Assembly: GCA_016861085.1 (NCBI GenBank)
Contig: BOKR01000001.1
Span: forward strand, 451,271-515,270
DNA length: 64,000 bases
Direction: 5' to 3'
Origin: Patescibacteria group bacterium
GTDB taxonomy: Bacteria; Patescibacteriota; Microgenomatia; UBA1400; PJMF01
Part shown: positions 23,971 to 34,046 of the stretch, piece after piece
How positions within the stretch are numbered: position 1 is the first letter of the stretch
How the letters are laid out: each line of letters begins with the position of its first letter
Notes under the pieces: generated by a model
Databases searched by the model: none
The model's input: only the letters and a program-made list of their open reading frames with translations
Told to the model about the DNA's origin: nothing
Program-made: the position numbers and the translations under genes

Positions 23971-23995
23971 ATCGCAGGGAGTTATTCCCTGCGAT
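23971..23995. terminator. Perfect 10-bp hairpin; possible terminator or RNA-processing stem
   Basis: ATCGCAGGGA-gttat-TCCCTGCGAT, downstream of the 24024-24509 gene and upstream of the next promoter; U-tail is weak on the minus strand. Confidence 0.5.
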
Positions 23996-24023
23996 ATTCT
24001 ATTTTTAATTTAAGCTGCAATTT

Positions 24024-24509
24024 TTATTTTTTAGCTGTTTTTTTCTTTGCTGGTGCTTTTTTAGAAGCAGCTTTTTCAGCCTTTTTTGGTTTTAATGCTT
24101 CGTCAACGATTTTTTCTAGTTCTTTTAGTTCTGCTTCGCTGATTTCTTCATCATCACCGTGTGTGTGATCGCCATCTGAGCAACAGCCATCACCACAATC
24201 TCCACAACAGCCACCGGTTAAAACAAATTCTTTTTCAAGGTTATCTGCTTTTCTGCATCTTACAAAGTTAGAAACCATTGCATATAAGAAATATGCTAAT
24301 GCGAGTGAATAGGTTACTAATGGGAAGTAGGTGAAAATTGCTGGTGCTTCTAGTAATGCAGAAGTATCAGTGTATACATACTTCAACAGCAGTTGTGGGA
24401 CCAACATGTTGGCAACGACAGCTCCAATTACTACTGCAATTGACTCAACTGCTGCAGTCATATTTTTTGTACGAAGTTGCTGAATTTTGAATTCAGTAAG
24501 GTAGTTCAT
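24024..24509 (-). CDS. Two-TM hypothetical protein with a Cys/His cluster and Lys/Ala-rich tail
   Basis: Two hydrophobic helices, CCGDCGDGCCSDGDHTH, acidic linker, tail KKAEKAASKKAPAKKKTAKK; ATGA overlap with the upstream GT2. Confidence 0.8.
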   Translation of the reverse strand: MNYLTEFKIQQLRTKNMTAAVESIAVVIGAVVANMLVPQLLLKYVYTDTSALLEAPAIFTYFPLVTYSLALAYFLYAMVSNFVRCRKADNLEKEFVLTGGCCGDCGDGCCSDGDHTHGDDEEISEAELKELEKIVDEALKPKKAEKAASKKAPAKKKTAKK

Positions 24510-25387
24510 AGTGCTCCTTTTTTTACTACTAAAATGTACTTAATAATGCTTCTAACAAACCTTGGGTAATTCTCCAAGTAGTGTTTGTCATAGTATTGTA
24601 ACATGGTGTCATAAAAATGCTTGCGTGTTTTTCTGGCTATACTTTGCGATGTGTTTTTAATTCCTGATTTATATTTATGGTGAATAACTGTTACTTCGGG
24701 GTTATATACTACCATATAGCCCGCCTCTCGAAATCGTCTACACCAGTCAAGGTCTTCTGCATACATAAAAAAACGTTCATCTAACAAACCAACTTTTTCT
24801 AAGAGTTCACCTCTTACTACCATAGCTGCTCCTGAGCAGGCATCTATTGTGTGAATGTTACGCAAATTTTTATATGTCTGATGATATTCAGAAAAAAGTT
24901 TGCTAGTTGGAAAAAGATTTTCTAGGCCACTCATATAGGTAAATGAGGCCCAAATTGTTGGTTCACCTCTGTGACAAGCTGGGTCTACCTCACCATCAGT
25001 GAATTCGATTCGAGGGGTAATAATACCGACTTTTGGTTTGTCATCCATAAACTTAAGTAAGACATCTAGGTTTGACTTTTCAGTAAATTCAACATCAGAA
25101 TTAAGTAACATCACATACCTTGCTTTTGTTTCACGAAGTGCTGCATTATTGGCAACGGCAAATCCAAAATTTTCTTTGAGCTTAATAGTGTTTACCCAGC
25201 GAAACTCACGACTCACCATTTTCATTGAGTCATCTGTTGAAGCATTATCAACCACGGTTACTATTACAGTCCTCTTTGTTTTATCAAGATAATACTCTTT
25301 GAGTGTAGACAATGTTTTTTTAAGCCAAAACTGACTATTATAGTTGACAATAATAATTTCTAAATCAATTTTTGCAGTCTTTGTCAT
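24506..25387 (-). CDS. Glycosyltransferase family 2 (rhamnosyltransferase-like)
   Basis: IIIVNYN, VVDNASTD, NFGFAVANN, LLNSD, CSGAAM and DERFFMYAEDLDWC. Confidence 0.9.
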   Translation of the reverse strand: MTKTAKIDLEIIIVNYNSQFWLKKTLSTLKEYYLDKTKRTVIVTVVDNASTDDSMKMVSREFRWVNTIKLKENFGFAVANNAALRETKARYVMLLNSDVEFTEKSNLDVLLKFMDDKPKVGIITPRIEFTDGEVDPACHRGEPTIWASFTYMSGLENLFPTSKLFSEYHQTYKNLRNIHTIDACSGAAMVVRGELLEKVGLLDERFFMYAEDLDWCRRFREAGYMVVYNPEVTVIHHKYKSGIKNTSQSIARKTRKHFYDTMLQYYDKHYLENYPRFVRSIIKYILVVKKGAL

Positions 25388-26580
25388 TATTTGCTCCCAA
25401 TTCTTTGGTAAATCATATCAAGCTTATGAGAAATAAGCGACCAGTCATAGTTCTCTTTAACAAATTTCTTTCCATTCTTAGCCATATTTTTTCGTTCTTC
25501 TTGGTTGTTGAGTAATTCTACAGCTAGTTGCGCCATTCCCTCAGGGGTATCACTTGTCATTACGTGTTCACCATTTACTACAGCTAAACCTTCTACAGCA
25601 GTTGTTGTAGCTACAATAGGTGTTCCTGATGCCATGGCTTCAAGAACCTTATATCGTGTTCCTTTTCCGCTAAAAACCGGGGCCATCAAAATATCTGAAG
25701 TTGCAAAAGCATCTCTAATGTCAGGAATTCTGCCGATTACTTTTATTGATGAGTCTGCTTTTTCATATGCATAAACATCTTCAGTTGGTGCATTGCCAAC
25801 AATTTTTAACTGAGCAGTTGGCAATTGTTTTTTAATTAATGGCCACACCCTTGTAACTAAATATTTTACAGCTTCTACATTTGGAAGCCATTTGAACGTA
25901 CCAACCGATAAAACTGTAGGCACGGGTGTAACCTTTTTCTTAACTTCATCAAACCACTGAGTGTCAACTCCATTGGCAACGACTTCAATTTTTTTTGATT
26001 CACCAATTTCGTTCACGATATATTTTTTGTCTTCTTCGCTCATGACGATCAAGGTATCACATGCTTTCCAATAAAATTGCTCCCAACGTCTAATTTTATC
26101 TATATCAATATTTAATATTGGTCGCAAAAAAAATGGAGTTTTTTTTGCATAACTTTCGTACCCGAGATACTCAATTGTTTGTTCAACAAGAATTGTTGGG
26201 ATATTTATTTCTGGAATATGGGGCATCATATAGAATGTTTCTGCATGAATCAAATCGTATTGGTTAGATTGTAGCTCTTCTTCAACCGCCTTAATGATTT
26301 GAGGCGCATGGTTTCGAATCACTAAGAAAGGATATGAGGAAAAAGCGGTTTTTAAGATATTTTTAAAAGTAAATGGTTTTTCTGAACGTTTAAAAACTGC
26401 TACCTTAGAACAGTATTTTTTTAATTCGGGAATGTATTTTTTTTCATCTTCACTTTTGATGAGAGAAAATAAAGTTACTTCATGTTTGTTTGCTAGTTTT
26501 TTAAGCAAATTATATGTTCTGATTTGTCCTCCAGAGAGTAATGGATACGGAAGGTATGGAGTAAGCATTAAAATTTTCAT
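25387..26580 (-). CDS. Glycosyltransferase family 4
   Basis: PYPLLSGGQIRTYNL, VANGVD, PNVEA and GKGTRYKVLEAMASG. Confidence 0.9.
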   Translation of the reverse strand: MKILMLTPYLPYPLLSGGQIRTYNLLKKLANKHEVTLFSLIKSEDEKKYIPELKKYCSKVAVFKRSEKPFTFKNILKTAFSSYPFLVIRNHAPQIIKAVEEELQSNQYDLIHAETFYMMPHIPEINIPTILVEQTIEYLGYESYAKKTPFFLRPILNIDIDKIRRWEQFYWKACDTLIVMSEEDKKYIVNEIGESKKIEVVANGVDTQWFDEVKKKVTPVPTVLSVGTFKWLPNVEAVKYLVTRVWPLIKKQLPTAQLKIVGNAPTEDVYAYEKADSSIKVIGRIPDIRDAFATSDILMAPVFSGKGTRYKVLEAMASGTPIVATTTAVEGLAVVNGEHVMTSDTPEGMAQLAVELLNNQEERKNMAKNGKKFVKENYDWSLISHKLDMIYQRIGSK

Positions 26581-26589
26581 AGATAGAAG

Positions 26590-28029
26590 TTACTCTCTGG
26601 GACGAGTCAAATCAATAATACTATAATCGCTCGTTTTTTCTATAATTGTGTATTTTTTTTCAAGTTCTTTTGCTTCCTCATCAAAGGAGGTTGTTACATA
26701 ATGAGTAGCACCCATTTTGATTTTTTCATCTATATAGTGGCCAATTGGCCAGCCAGTACGGTTTATTTGGAATAGATAAGCTGTGTCTCCTCCATATTGT
26801 GGTGCTATCACTTTTGCATCTTTTGGCAATACTTCATCAGCAGCTTTGCCCGCTTTGGAATATTCCGGGTGGTTAACATTGTAGTAGCCTTTAACCTGAT
26901 TATATGAAAATAGTAACATGGCAACTACTAAGAAAGCCGAGATACCCATAGAGACAAGTGCATTAAATTTTTTGTTAAGAAATGTATCTAGAACTAAAAT
27001 TGCGTGAGCCAGTGTCAATGAAATAACAGGAGTGGTTATAGCTTGATAGTAGTCATGTTGGACATTCCCGGTTGCTACCACTACAAAATAAAGCCCTATT
27101 CCAAACCACCATGCTGGAAGAAAAAACTTTTTGTTTTTTAGCTGTTGAAATAAGCTGATTGGAAGAAAAATAACACCTACATATCCAAGAATTAGTTTAG
27201 TGATTCTTTCATAGCCCAACCACCTAAACCAAGCTGGTCGCAAACGGATGCCGTTGCCATTAAAGAGCCAATCTGAAGCAGGAATTCCCTCTGGAAAATT
27301 CGTAATCCAATTTCTCCATAATAAAAAGGGAATGATGGCCAAGATTGCATATGCATACAATCTGAAATCAGTGATTATTTTTTTTAGTGTTCTCTCTTCA
27401 AAAAGCATGACAGCATATACAGGAAGCAGAAAAGCCACGAATGGTTTTAGAAGTAAAGCAGCAGCCAACGAAATGAGAGAAACCCAATACAAATATGGTT
27501 TTGGTTTTTTTACATAAAATCGAAACATTGTAATTGAAAGAGTTGAGAAGAACACCATAATTGGTTCTGGTAGGATTACTCGGGAGTAGAAAACTGAATA
27601 TGGTAGTACTGCAAAAAAGAATGCTGCAAAATAACCAGCCTTTTTCCCAAAGTAGCTTCGCGCCAAAAAAAACAAACAAAAGAGAGTTCCAATCGAGAAT
27701 AGTGAAGATACTACACGACTGGTAGGAACCAGAGGAAGTGAGGGAGCAGCTTTAAGTAAGGCAGCAGTTATGACATTGTAAAGTGGAAATTCAACCATTC
27801 TATATCCATTAGGGTTATCAAGTCCTGAAGGGATATTTGAAAGATCATGATATGTTGGGTACAAAGGATTCAGTGTTTTCTTAGTAAACTCTCTGGTTAC
27901 CGATGCTGTATCTGCTTGTCGCCAGCTGTGCCAATCTAGTAAATCTGTATTAACCTTATAGAGTCTCAAAATCAGTGCAATGGCTGCAATAATAAACAAT
28001 AACGGATATTTTTTGAGGATGCTTTTCAT
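26590..28029 (-). CDS. GT-C fold (ArnT/PMT-like) membrane glycosyltransferase
   Basis: Multi-TM; DWHSWRQADTA in loop 1, EFPLYN, FYSRVILPE, LLKP and HDYYQ. Confidence 0.8.
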   Translation of the reverse strand: MKSILKKYPLLFIIAAIALILRLYKVNTDLLDWHSWRQADTASVTREFTKKTLNPLYPTYHDLSNIPSGLDNPNGYRMVEFPLYNVITAALLKAAPSLPLVPTSRVVSSLFSIGTLFCLFFLARSYFGKKAGYFAAFFFAVLPYSVFYSRVILPEPIMVFFSTLSITMFRFYVKKPKPYLYWVSLISLAAALLLKPFVAFLLPVYAVMLFEERTLKKIITDFRLYAYAILAIIPFLLWRNWITNFPEGIPASDWLFNGNGIRLRPAWFRWLGYERITKLILGYVGVIFLPISLFQQLKNKKFFLPAWWFGIGLYFVVVATGNVQHDYYQAITTPVISLTLAHAILVLDTFLNKKFNALVSMGISAFLVVAMLLFSYNQVKGYYNVNHPEYSKAGKAADEVLPKDAKVIAPQYGGDTAYLFQINRTGWPIGHYIDEKIKMGATHYVTTSFDEEAKELEKKYTIIEKTSDYSIIDLTRPRE

Positions 28030-29732
28030 GTGTTGCTGAATTTATTTTTATTTGTACGAATTCTTTTTTTTGGTTTAACTTTAATAGTTTTTTCAATTGG
28101 TTTTAATTTGGCATATGCTAGCAAAACACCGGTCATTGCCCAGTAAGTGTATGCAACTTTTGAGGCCGCAAAGACATCAATGAAAGCTGCGTTAATGAGC
28201 AACCCAATTGTTGCACCGATAAATCCAACCGCAAACAGTTTTTTAAACGAGTCAGTTTCAAGTCTATTCTTTATAATGTTTTTGCACGTTGCTAATGCTA
28301 TGAATACACAGCCATAAAACGAGAGAAAGCCCAGTAAACCAGTTTCTCCTAGAGTTCTTAAGAAATTATTATCAGTTGAGTCAGCTTCTGTAAATTCTTC
28401 CACAACTGATTTGGTAAGTGTCGCGTAGCCGGTGCCAAGAGCTGGATTTTTGTAAAAACCGTTTAAGGCTTGTGGCCATAAAGTATCTAATCGAATTGCC
28501 ATAGATAAGCCGTGTTTTAAAGCATTTTCTGAGTAGGTTCGTGGCACTTCTAATGTCACGAATGTTTTTTGGCCTGTTGCAGAAACAGTAGCAACTTGAA
28601 TTTTATCTGGGACATCAACATATACATCACTTGGTTTTATTGGTGATGGTCGGGTGTCTGACGCAACTAATACTTCGGCTTGTTCTGTAGACAATCCATT
28701 TTCTGGTTTCTTAACAGTTTCAGCAATGTATTCCTGGACTTTAAATTGACTCAAAATCATGTTTGAGGTGTTTTTAATTCCGGTCAACACAGTTGTGATC
28801 TCAGGGCGATTTTCAATAACTTGATATAAACGGTCAGCCATATTGCTGCCAAAAAACACGAATAGAATCACAAAAATCAATCCGCTCACAAAAGATTGTT
28901 GAAAAAAGAATTGAACTTTAGAAATAAGTCTCTCTTTGAGGAGACTTGCAATTAAAATAGTTAAAAATAATCCAAGTACTAACCCAGCTAATGAAGTGCG
29001 TGAAGCACTCAACATCATCATCAGAAGTCCTAAAATATAAGTTGTCCACAGAACCATTCTTGGAAACAAGTTAATTTTTTTCTGAAACAGCATTACTAAA
29101 ATAATTGGTAGAACAATAACTAAATATGCTGCCATGTCATAGTGGCCAGCAAAGGTTGATTGTACCCGAGCATGTTCGGTTAGGTATAGGACTATTCCTT
29201 TGCTAAACTCTCTGTTCATGGTTGAGTATACCGGCCAATAAAAGTATTTTTGTCCTAAACCGTATATCCCTACTGCTAGAAGCGTAAACACCACAGAGAC
29301 GAGAATGATTTGTACGTCTCTTTTTGATTTGATTGAAGCATATAGCAAAAAGAAGAGTGAAAAGTATTCAATATATCTGCCAAAGTGCAAGAAGCTTTTA
29401 AGCAAATGAACTTGTGTGGTTGGAATTGTCTGAGTAATAAATATTCCCGAAATGGTTGATAAAAAGCCAACAACTATATAGGCAAATATGATTTTAGTGA
29501 GTGGTGTATCAAGTGATATTTTTTTACGAAGTAACTGTACTCCATAAATTAAAATACAAAATGCAATTAAAAAATCCTCTAGGCGGACACGAACAATATA
29601 CCCTTCTATCAAATCAAAGAGAGGTAACTTTGGGTACAAAGGAATAAATATCAGTAGAAATGTGCTCAAAATAAGCAAGATATTATCATCAAAAAATTTC
29701 AGCCAGTTATGTGGTTTTGCCTTTTTTTCCAT
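28026..29732 (-). CDS. O-antigen ligase / Wzy_C-like membrane protein
   Basis: Multi-TM; RVQSTFAGHYD, SASRTS, NPALGTG and TDNNFLRTLGETGLLG. ATG at 29732 (MEKKAK) preferred over the track start at 29765. Confidence 0.8.
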   Translation of the reverse strand: MEKKAKPHNWLKFFDDNILLILSTFLLIFIPLYPKLPLFDLIEGYIVRVRLEDFLIAFCILIYGVQLLRKKISLDTPLTKIIFAYIVVGFLSTISGIFITQTIPTTQVHLLKSFLHFGRYIEYFSLFFLLYASIKSKRDVQIILVSVVFTLLAVGIYGLGQKYFYWPVYSTMNREFSKGIVLYLTEHARVQSTFAGHYDMAAYLVIVLPIILVMLFQKKINLFPRMVLWTTYILGLLMMMLSASRTSLAGLVLGLFLTILIASLLKERLISKVQFFFQQSFVSGLIFVILFVFFGSNMADRLYQVIENRPEITTVLTGIKNTSNMILSQFKVQEYIAETVKKPENGLSTEQAEVLVASDTRPSPIKPSDVYVDVPDKIQVATVSATGQKTFVTLEVPRTYSENALKHGLSMAIRLDTLWPQALNGFYKNPALGTGYATLTKSVVEEFTEADSTDNNFLRTLGETGLLGFLSFYGCVFIALATCKNIIKNRLETDSFKKLFAVGFIGATIGLLINAAFIDVFAASKVAYTYWAMTGVLLAYAKLKPIEKTIKVKPKKRIRTNKNKFSNT

Positions 29733-29774
29733 TTGAAACTGTATACAAGTATACCCTATTTCCATTAATAATGC

Positions 29775-30728
29775 TTATGAAAGGTCAGTGAGTATCTTTC
29801 TATAAATGAGGGCTTTATTTTTGTTAGGTGCTATGACGCTAAAGACGAAAATTCTGATTAATGCTCCATATTGTAAAAGAATTTTTGCAAGAACTGCTTG
29901 CATAGATGATTTGTGTTTTGAAAAAATATATTGGAGTCCTCTGAATTCTCCCCTTAGTGCGTTTTCCTGGTTTGAACTGGCATTTTGCAAGTGAATTATG
30001 GAAGCGGTTGGATCAAGAGCAACTACAAAGTTATGATTTTTTGCCCTCATACAAATTTCGGTATCTTCGCCATACATAAAAATATTTTGGTCAAAAGGGC
30101 CAAAAGTATCTATAGCTTGTTTGGAAATCATCATAGCTGTCCCGCCAATCCAGTCAACAGGAATAAGATCTGTATAGTGTTCTAATTGTGACAGAGTAAG
30201 TCTGTTTGCTTTTCCTGTATGTTGTGTTGACGGCAGCAGTTTCCCTATCACAGGCAAATCATCAAGCATGCTCATATGAAAAAAGAGTGAAGTCAGAGTG
30301 GGAAATGAACCACCTTGAGGTTGGTATGTGAGGTCAATATTTAGTAAAACTGGAGTGAGAATACCAAGGTTCAGTTTTTCATCTGAAAGAAACCGCTGTA
30401 CCATACGTTCTAATGCATTTTCCTGAACAATTGTGTCTGAGTTTAAAAATAAATAGTATTTTCCACTTGCCTTTTTTATTCCAAGATTATTTGCATTACC
30501 AAAGCCAACGTTCTTTGTACTCTCAATAATAATAATTGGTACATCTGTCTCTTTTTTAAATTGTTTGAGGGCTTTGACCGAATCATCTTGAGAATCATTA
30601 TCGACAACAATAATTTCTAAATTATTTTTTAATAGTTGAGACGATTTTGTTGAGTTGACAACAGAGCGCACTGTTTCTAGTGTTAGATTCCTAGTGTTGT
30701 ACGAAACGATAATGACAGAAAGTAACAT
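29775..30728 (-). CDS. Glycosyltransferase family 2
   Basis: SVIIVSYN, VVDNDSQD, NVGFGNANN, FLNSD, DWIGGTAM and FMYGEDTE. Confidence 0.9.
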   Translation of the reverse strand: MLLSVIIVSYNTRNLTLETVRSVVNSTKSSQLLKNNLEIIVVDNDSQDDSVKALKQFKKETDVPIIIIESTKNVGFGNANNLGIKKASGKYYLFLNSDTIVQENALERMVQRFLSDEKLNLGILTPVLLNIDLTYQPQGGSFPTLTSLFFHMSMLDDLPVIGKLLPSTQHTGKANRLTLSQLEHYTDLIPVDWIGGTAMMISKQAIDTFGPFDQNIFMYGEDTEICMRAKNHNFVVALDPTASIIHLQNASSNQENALRGEFRGLQYIFSKHKSSMQAVLAKILLQYGALIRIFVFSVIAPNKNKALIYRKILTDLS

Positions 30729-30734
30729 GATAGT

Positions 30735-31358
30735 TTACTGGAATAGGCGCGCGCGGCCTAATTTATACTGTGGGTTTTTATTTTTTCTCTCCCCGATTGG
30801 TTTAGCTGGAATACCAGCAACGATAGAAAATGGTTCAACGTTTTTGGTCACTACTGCTCCAGCTCCAACAATTGCTCCATCTCCGATTGTAACTCCTGGC
30901 AAAAGTATCGCTCGTGGGCCAATAAACACGTAATCGCCAATGGTTACTTTTTCTTCTATCGCTTTAAAATGGGGATCATGCACATCATGTTGACTGGTCC
31001 AAATCATAACTTCACTAGCTATATCTGTATGGTTGCCAATTTCAAGACCACCACTTGAGTTTGGTAATTGTTTACGGCCATCTAAGGTAGCTCTTTCACC
31101 CACGAGAGTATCTTCACCAATACTGATGTATCTGGGGTCATATATTCTAGCCATCATGTGAATGGTAGAACCAGTACCAATACGCATGCCAAATGCTCTG
31201 TAAAAAAATCTCCTTATGTGATGAGAGGGTACAATACCAATTCCCCACCAGAGAAAACCAGTAACTGCTTCTAAGTACCAAGCTGTTAAGCGACCAGCAA
31301 CTTTTTGCGAAAAGGTTCTGCCTTGAATTGGTTGCGCTTCATGTGAATTTTCTTGCAT
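30735..31358 (-). CDS. Hexapeptide-repeat O-acyltransferase (sugar acetyltransferase)
   Basis: LbH repeats (VTIGDYVFIGPRAILLPGVTIGDGAIVGAGAVVTKNV) and AGIPAK. ATG at 31358 preferred (TATACT 6 nt upstream) over the track start at 31373. Confidence 0.88.
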   Translation of the reverse strand: MQENSHEAQPIQGRTFSQKVAGRLTAWYLEAVTGFLWWGIGIVPSHHIRRFFYRAFGMRIGTGSTIHMMARIYDPRYISIGEDTLVGERATLDGRKQLPNSSGGLEIGNHTDIASEVMIWTSQHDVHDPHFKAIEEKVTIGDYVFIGPRAILLPGVTIGDGAIVGAGAVVTKNVEPFSIVAGIPAKPIGERKNKNPQYKLGRARLFQ

Positions 31359-31373
31359 GAGCTTAGTATACAA

Positions 31374-31793
31374 CTAAAAGCTCAAGAGATCGAGAAGTCT
31401 TCCAAGTACCGTTTTATTTTCTTCGTTAGTTTCGATTTCAACGGGGATTACTAGGAGAAGACGCTCAATTTTAGTTGATTTTTTTGACGCAGCAGTTGTA
31501 GGAGTAACCTGCTGCATTTTTTCTGTGGCAGTTTTGGCGTCATCTACAGTCACTTTTTGTTCGACTTCTAATGTTTCGATTTCATTATCAATTTCAAACT
31601 CCATAGATTTGTCAAGTTCGGCAAAACTGGCATCAAGTTCTGCTTCTAAATCATCGAGTGAATCTTCCATTGTATCGTTTTTACCTAAGATACCTCCAGT
31701 TTTTGTAATTGCGTTTCCAAAGGCAAATCTATATGAAAACGTTATTGCAACAAGCACTGCAGCTACCAAGAAAAGTTTGTTTGATTGTTTCAT
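31374..31793 (-). CDS. Exported hypothetical protein
   Basis: From ATG 31793 (MKQSNKLFLVAAVLVA): signal-like segment, GGILG, acidic stretch, C-terminal LLLVIPVEIE...RLLDLLSF. The track start at 31862 overlaps ruvB. Confidence 0.65.
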   Translation of the reverse strand: MKQSNKLFLVAAVLVAITFSYRFAFGNAITKTGGILGKNDTMEDSLDDLEAELDASFAELDKSMEFEIDNEIETLEVEQKVTVDDAKTATEKMQQVTPTTAASKKSTKIERLLLVIPVEIETNEENKTVLGRLLDLLSF

Positions 31794-31842
31794 AAAACTA
31801 TTTTGACACAGATTTTGTAGGCTGTACAAGCGGAACTGGGTT

Positions 31843-32889
31843 TTATTCAGTACATTTTTCACCTAGATGCTCATAGGCGATTTTACTAACTACTCTACCT
31901 TTAGGAGTGCGTTGAATCATACCTACCTGGATTAAATATGGTTCGAGGACTTCTTCTATAGTAAGTTGATCTTCATTGAGGGTAGCAGCAATTGTTGATA
32001 ATCCAACTGGACCACCTTTATGTTTTTGGATGATCTGGCGCAAGAAACGGCGATCAGAATCATCTAGACCCAATGTGTCTATTGCAAACATGTCAAGGGC
32101 TTCGTGAACTGCTTTATTGGTGATCGTTTTGAGTTTATGAACTTGCACATAGTCACGAACGCGCTTAAGGAGTTTGAGGGCTATTCTGGGAGTACCTCGA
32201 GCACGTCTACCTATCTCAAGCGCAGACGATTCATCTATGGTTACACCGAGCTTTTCTGCCGCTGCACTAATAATAGTGGAGAGAGCTTGCGGAGTATAAA
32301 ATTGTAAGCGTTGAATGATGCCAAATCTATCACGAAATGGACCAGCTAGCAGGCCGAACCGAGTGGTGGCACCAACCAAAGTAAATTTTGGTAAATCGAG
32401 TCGAATGGTGCGTGCAGAGGGACCTTTGCCAATAACAATATCCAGGGCATAATCTTCCATAGCTGGGTACAATGTTTCTTCGATAACTTTTGGGAGTCGG
32501 TGAATTTCGTCAACAAATAAAATATCACTGGGCTCAAGATTTGTTAAGATGGCGGCAAGGTCGCCTGTTTTACTTAGTGCTGTGCCTGAGGTAATCTTGA
32601 TGTTTACCCCCAGCTCTTTAGCTATTAAATGTGACAATGTGGTTTTTCCTAAGCCTGGAGGACCATAGAGGAGCGTGTGGTCAAGGGCCTCACTTCTACC
32701 TTTAGCTGCAGTGATAGCAATTTGTAAGGATTTTTTTGTATCATCTTGACCAAAAAAAGCATCCCAGCTGTTGGCACGCAGTGAAGTAAGTAATTCTTCT
32801 TCTCCCGGGGTTGTGTCTAGTGGGTCAGTAGGACTGTTTATAGGAGGAGTCTTTTTTCGTGGTTGTACTAAGTTATCTTCAAAGTTCAT
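31843..32889 (-). CDS. ruvB: Holliday junction DNA helicase RuvB
   Basis: LDHTLLYGPPGLGKTT, LFVDEIHRL, LYPAMED, GATTR, RGTPRIA, GGPVGL, EPYL and RTPKGR. Confidence 0.97.
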   Translation of the reverse strand: MNFEDNLVQPRKKTPPINSPTDPLDTTPGEEELLTSLRANSWDAFFGQDDTKKSLQIAITAAKGRSEALDHTLLYGPPGLGKTTLSHLIAKELGVNIKITSGTALSKTGDLAAILTNLEPSDILFVDEIHRLPKVIEETLYPAMEDYALDIVIGKGPSARTIRLDLPKFTLVGATTRFGLLAGPFRDRFGIIQRLQFYTPQALSTIISAAAEKLGVTIDESSALEIGRRARGTPRIALKLLKRVRDYVQVHKLKTITNKAVHEALDMFAIDTLGLDDSDRRFLRQIIQKHKGGPVGLSTIAATLNEDQLTIEEVLEPYLIQVGMIQRTPKGRVVSKIAYEHLGEKCTE

Positions 32890-32898
32890 AGTTGTAGT

Positions 32899-33471
32899 CT
32901 ATTTGTGTTTACCTAGTTCTTTTATTGTCATCTGAATTGCTTTCTCTAGTGGTAGGTCAGTAATATCAATAGTTTTAAGTGCTTGTGAAATATGTGTTTC
33001 ATCAAAGCCCATGCTTAACAATGCTTCCAGGATATCGGATTGTAGCTGGCTAAGAGGGGTGAGATCAACATCTTTAATGCCGCCAAGTTTAGATTTGAGA
33101 TCAATAATAATTTTTTGACCAGCTTTCTTACCAACTCGTTTGACACTCGTAAAAAATGCAACATCAGCATTTTGAATGGCAGTAACAATTTGCCCAGAGC
33201 CTTTGTTAAGTATTGCAAGTGCCGTAGTTGGCCCTACCCCAGAAACGCTGATGAGGAGTTTAAACAGTTCTTTATCATTGAGGGTGCTAAAACCATACAG
33301 TTCAAGGGCATCTTCTTTCACATGGGTATATATATGAAGTGAAATTTCTTTTGTATTTGCAGCTTGCGAAAGAACTTGATTGGTGGCTTTAACTCCATAG
33401 CCGACGCCACCAGTCATGATGATGAGTTCATTTAATATAAGAAGTGGTGTTCCAGTTAGATATGCGATCAT
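32899..33471 (-). CDS. ruvA: Holliday junction branch migration protein RuvA
   Basis: MIAYLTG, GGVGY, HVKEDALELYGF, LISVSGVGP and ALLSMGF. Confidence 0.95.
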   Translation of the reverse strand: MIAYLTGTPLLILNELIIMTGGVGYGVKATNQVLSQAANTKEISLHIYTHVKEDALELYGFSTLNDKELFKLLISVSGVGPTTALAILNKGSGQIVTAIQNADVAFFTSVKRVGKKAGQKIIIDLKSKLGGIKDVDLTPLSQLQSDILEALLSMGFDETHISQALKTIDITDLPLEKAIQMTIKELGKHK

Positions 33472-33478
33472 GAATCTC

Positions 33479-33487
33479 AGTATAACA
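33479..33487 (-). promoter_or_regulatory. Extended -10 promoter of ruvAB (leaderless spacing)
   Basis: TGTTATACT on the minus strand, 7 nt before the ruvA ATG, with no SD sequence. Confidence 0.6.
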
Positions 33488-33515
33488 TTTGGGTAAGTTT
33501 TGGGAAGAGAGATTC

Positions 33516-34046
33516 TTACACTAAGCTTACTGCACAGGTCATCGCAATCGCTACCGCGTCAAGTGCATCATCAATAAATGTGTTTACTGATCCATTTACT
33601 TGTAGTCTCACCATTTTTTCCACGGCTTCCTTATCTGCTCTTCCATTCCCAGTTACTGCTAATTTTATTTCAACAGGATCGTATTCTAGAACTTCTAATC
33701 CTGCATCTAAACAGGTTCCAATAATCACTCCACGCGCTTCACTGACTCGCATTGCAGTTTTCTTATTTTTAGCAAAATAAACTGTTTCAATCGCTAGTTG
33801 AGTTGGTTCAAAATGCGCAATAATTTCTTTTAAATCACTCTGAATTTTTTTAAATCTTACAAAAATAGTTTCGTTTTTGTCTGTCTGAATGCAGCCAAGA
33901 GCAACACACTCGAATTTGCCTGATGCAGTTTTTGTGCCACGCTTTCCAATTGCCCACCCCACCCTGTCATATCCAGGATCAATTCCTAAAATCACATTCG
34001 AGTTTGACCTGAGTATTTGGTTTCTATTCTTTTCCTGCATCTGCAC
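33516..34046 (-). CDS. ruvC: Crossover junction endodeoxyribonuclease RuvC
   Basis: ILGIDPG, LAIETVYF, EARGV, IKLAVTGNGRADKEAV and DDALDAVAIA. Confidence 0.95.
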   Translation of the reverse strand: MQMQEKNRNQILRSNSNVILGIDPGYDRVGWAIGKRGTKTASGKFECVALGCIQTDKNETIFVRFKKIQSDLKEIIAHFEPTQLAIETVYFAKNKKTAMRVSEARGVIIGTCLDAGLEVLEYDPVEIKLAVTGNGRADKEAVEKMVRLQVNGSVNTFIDDALDAVAIAMTCAVSLV

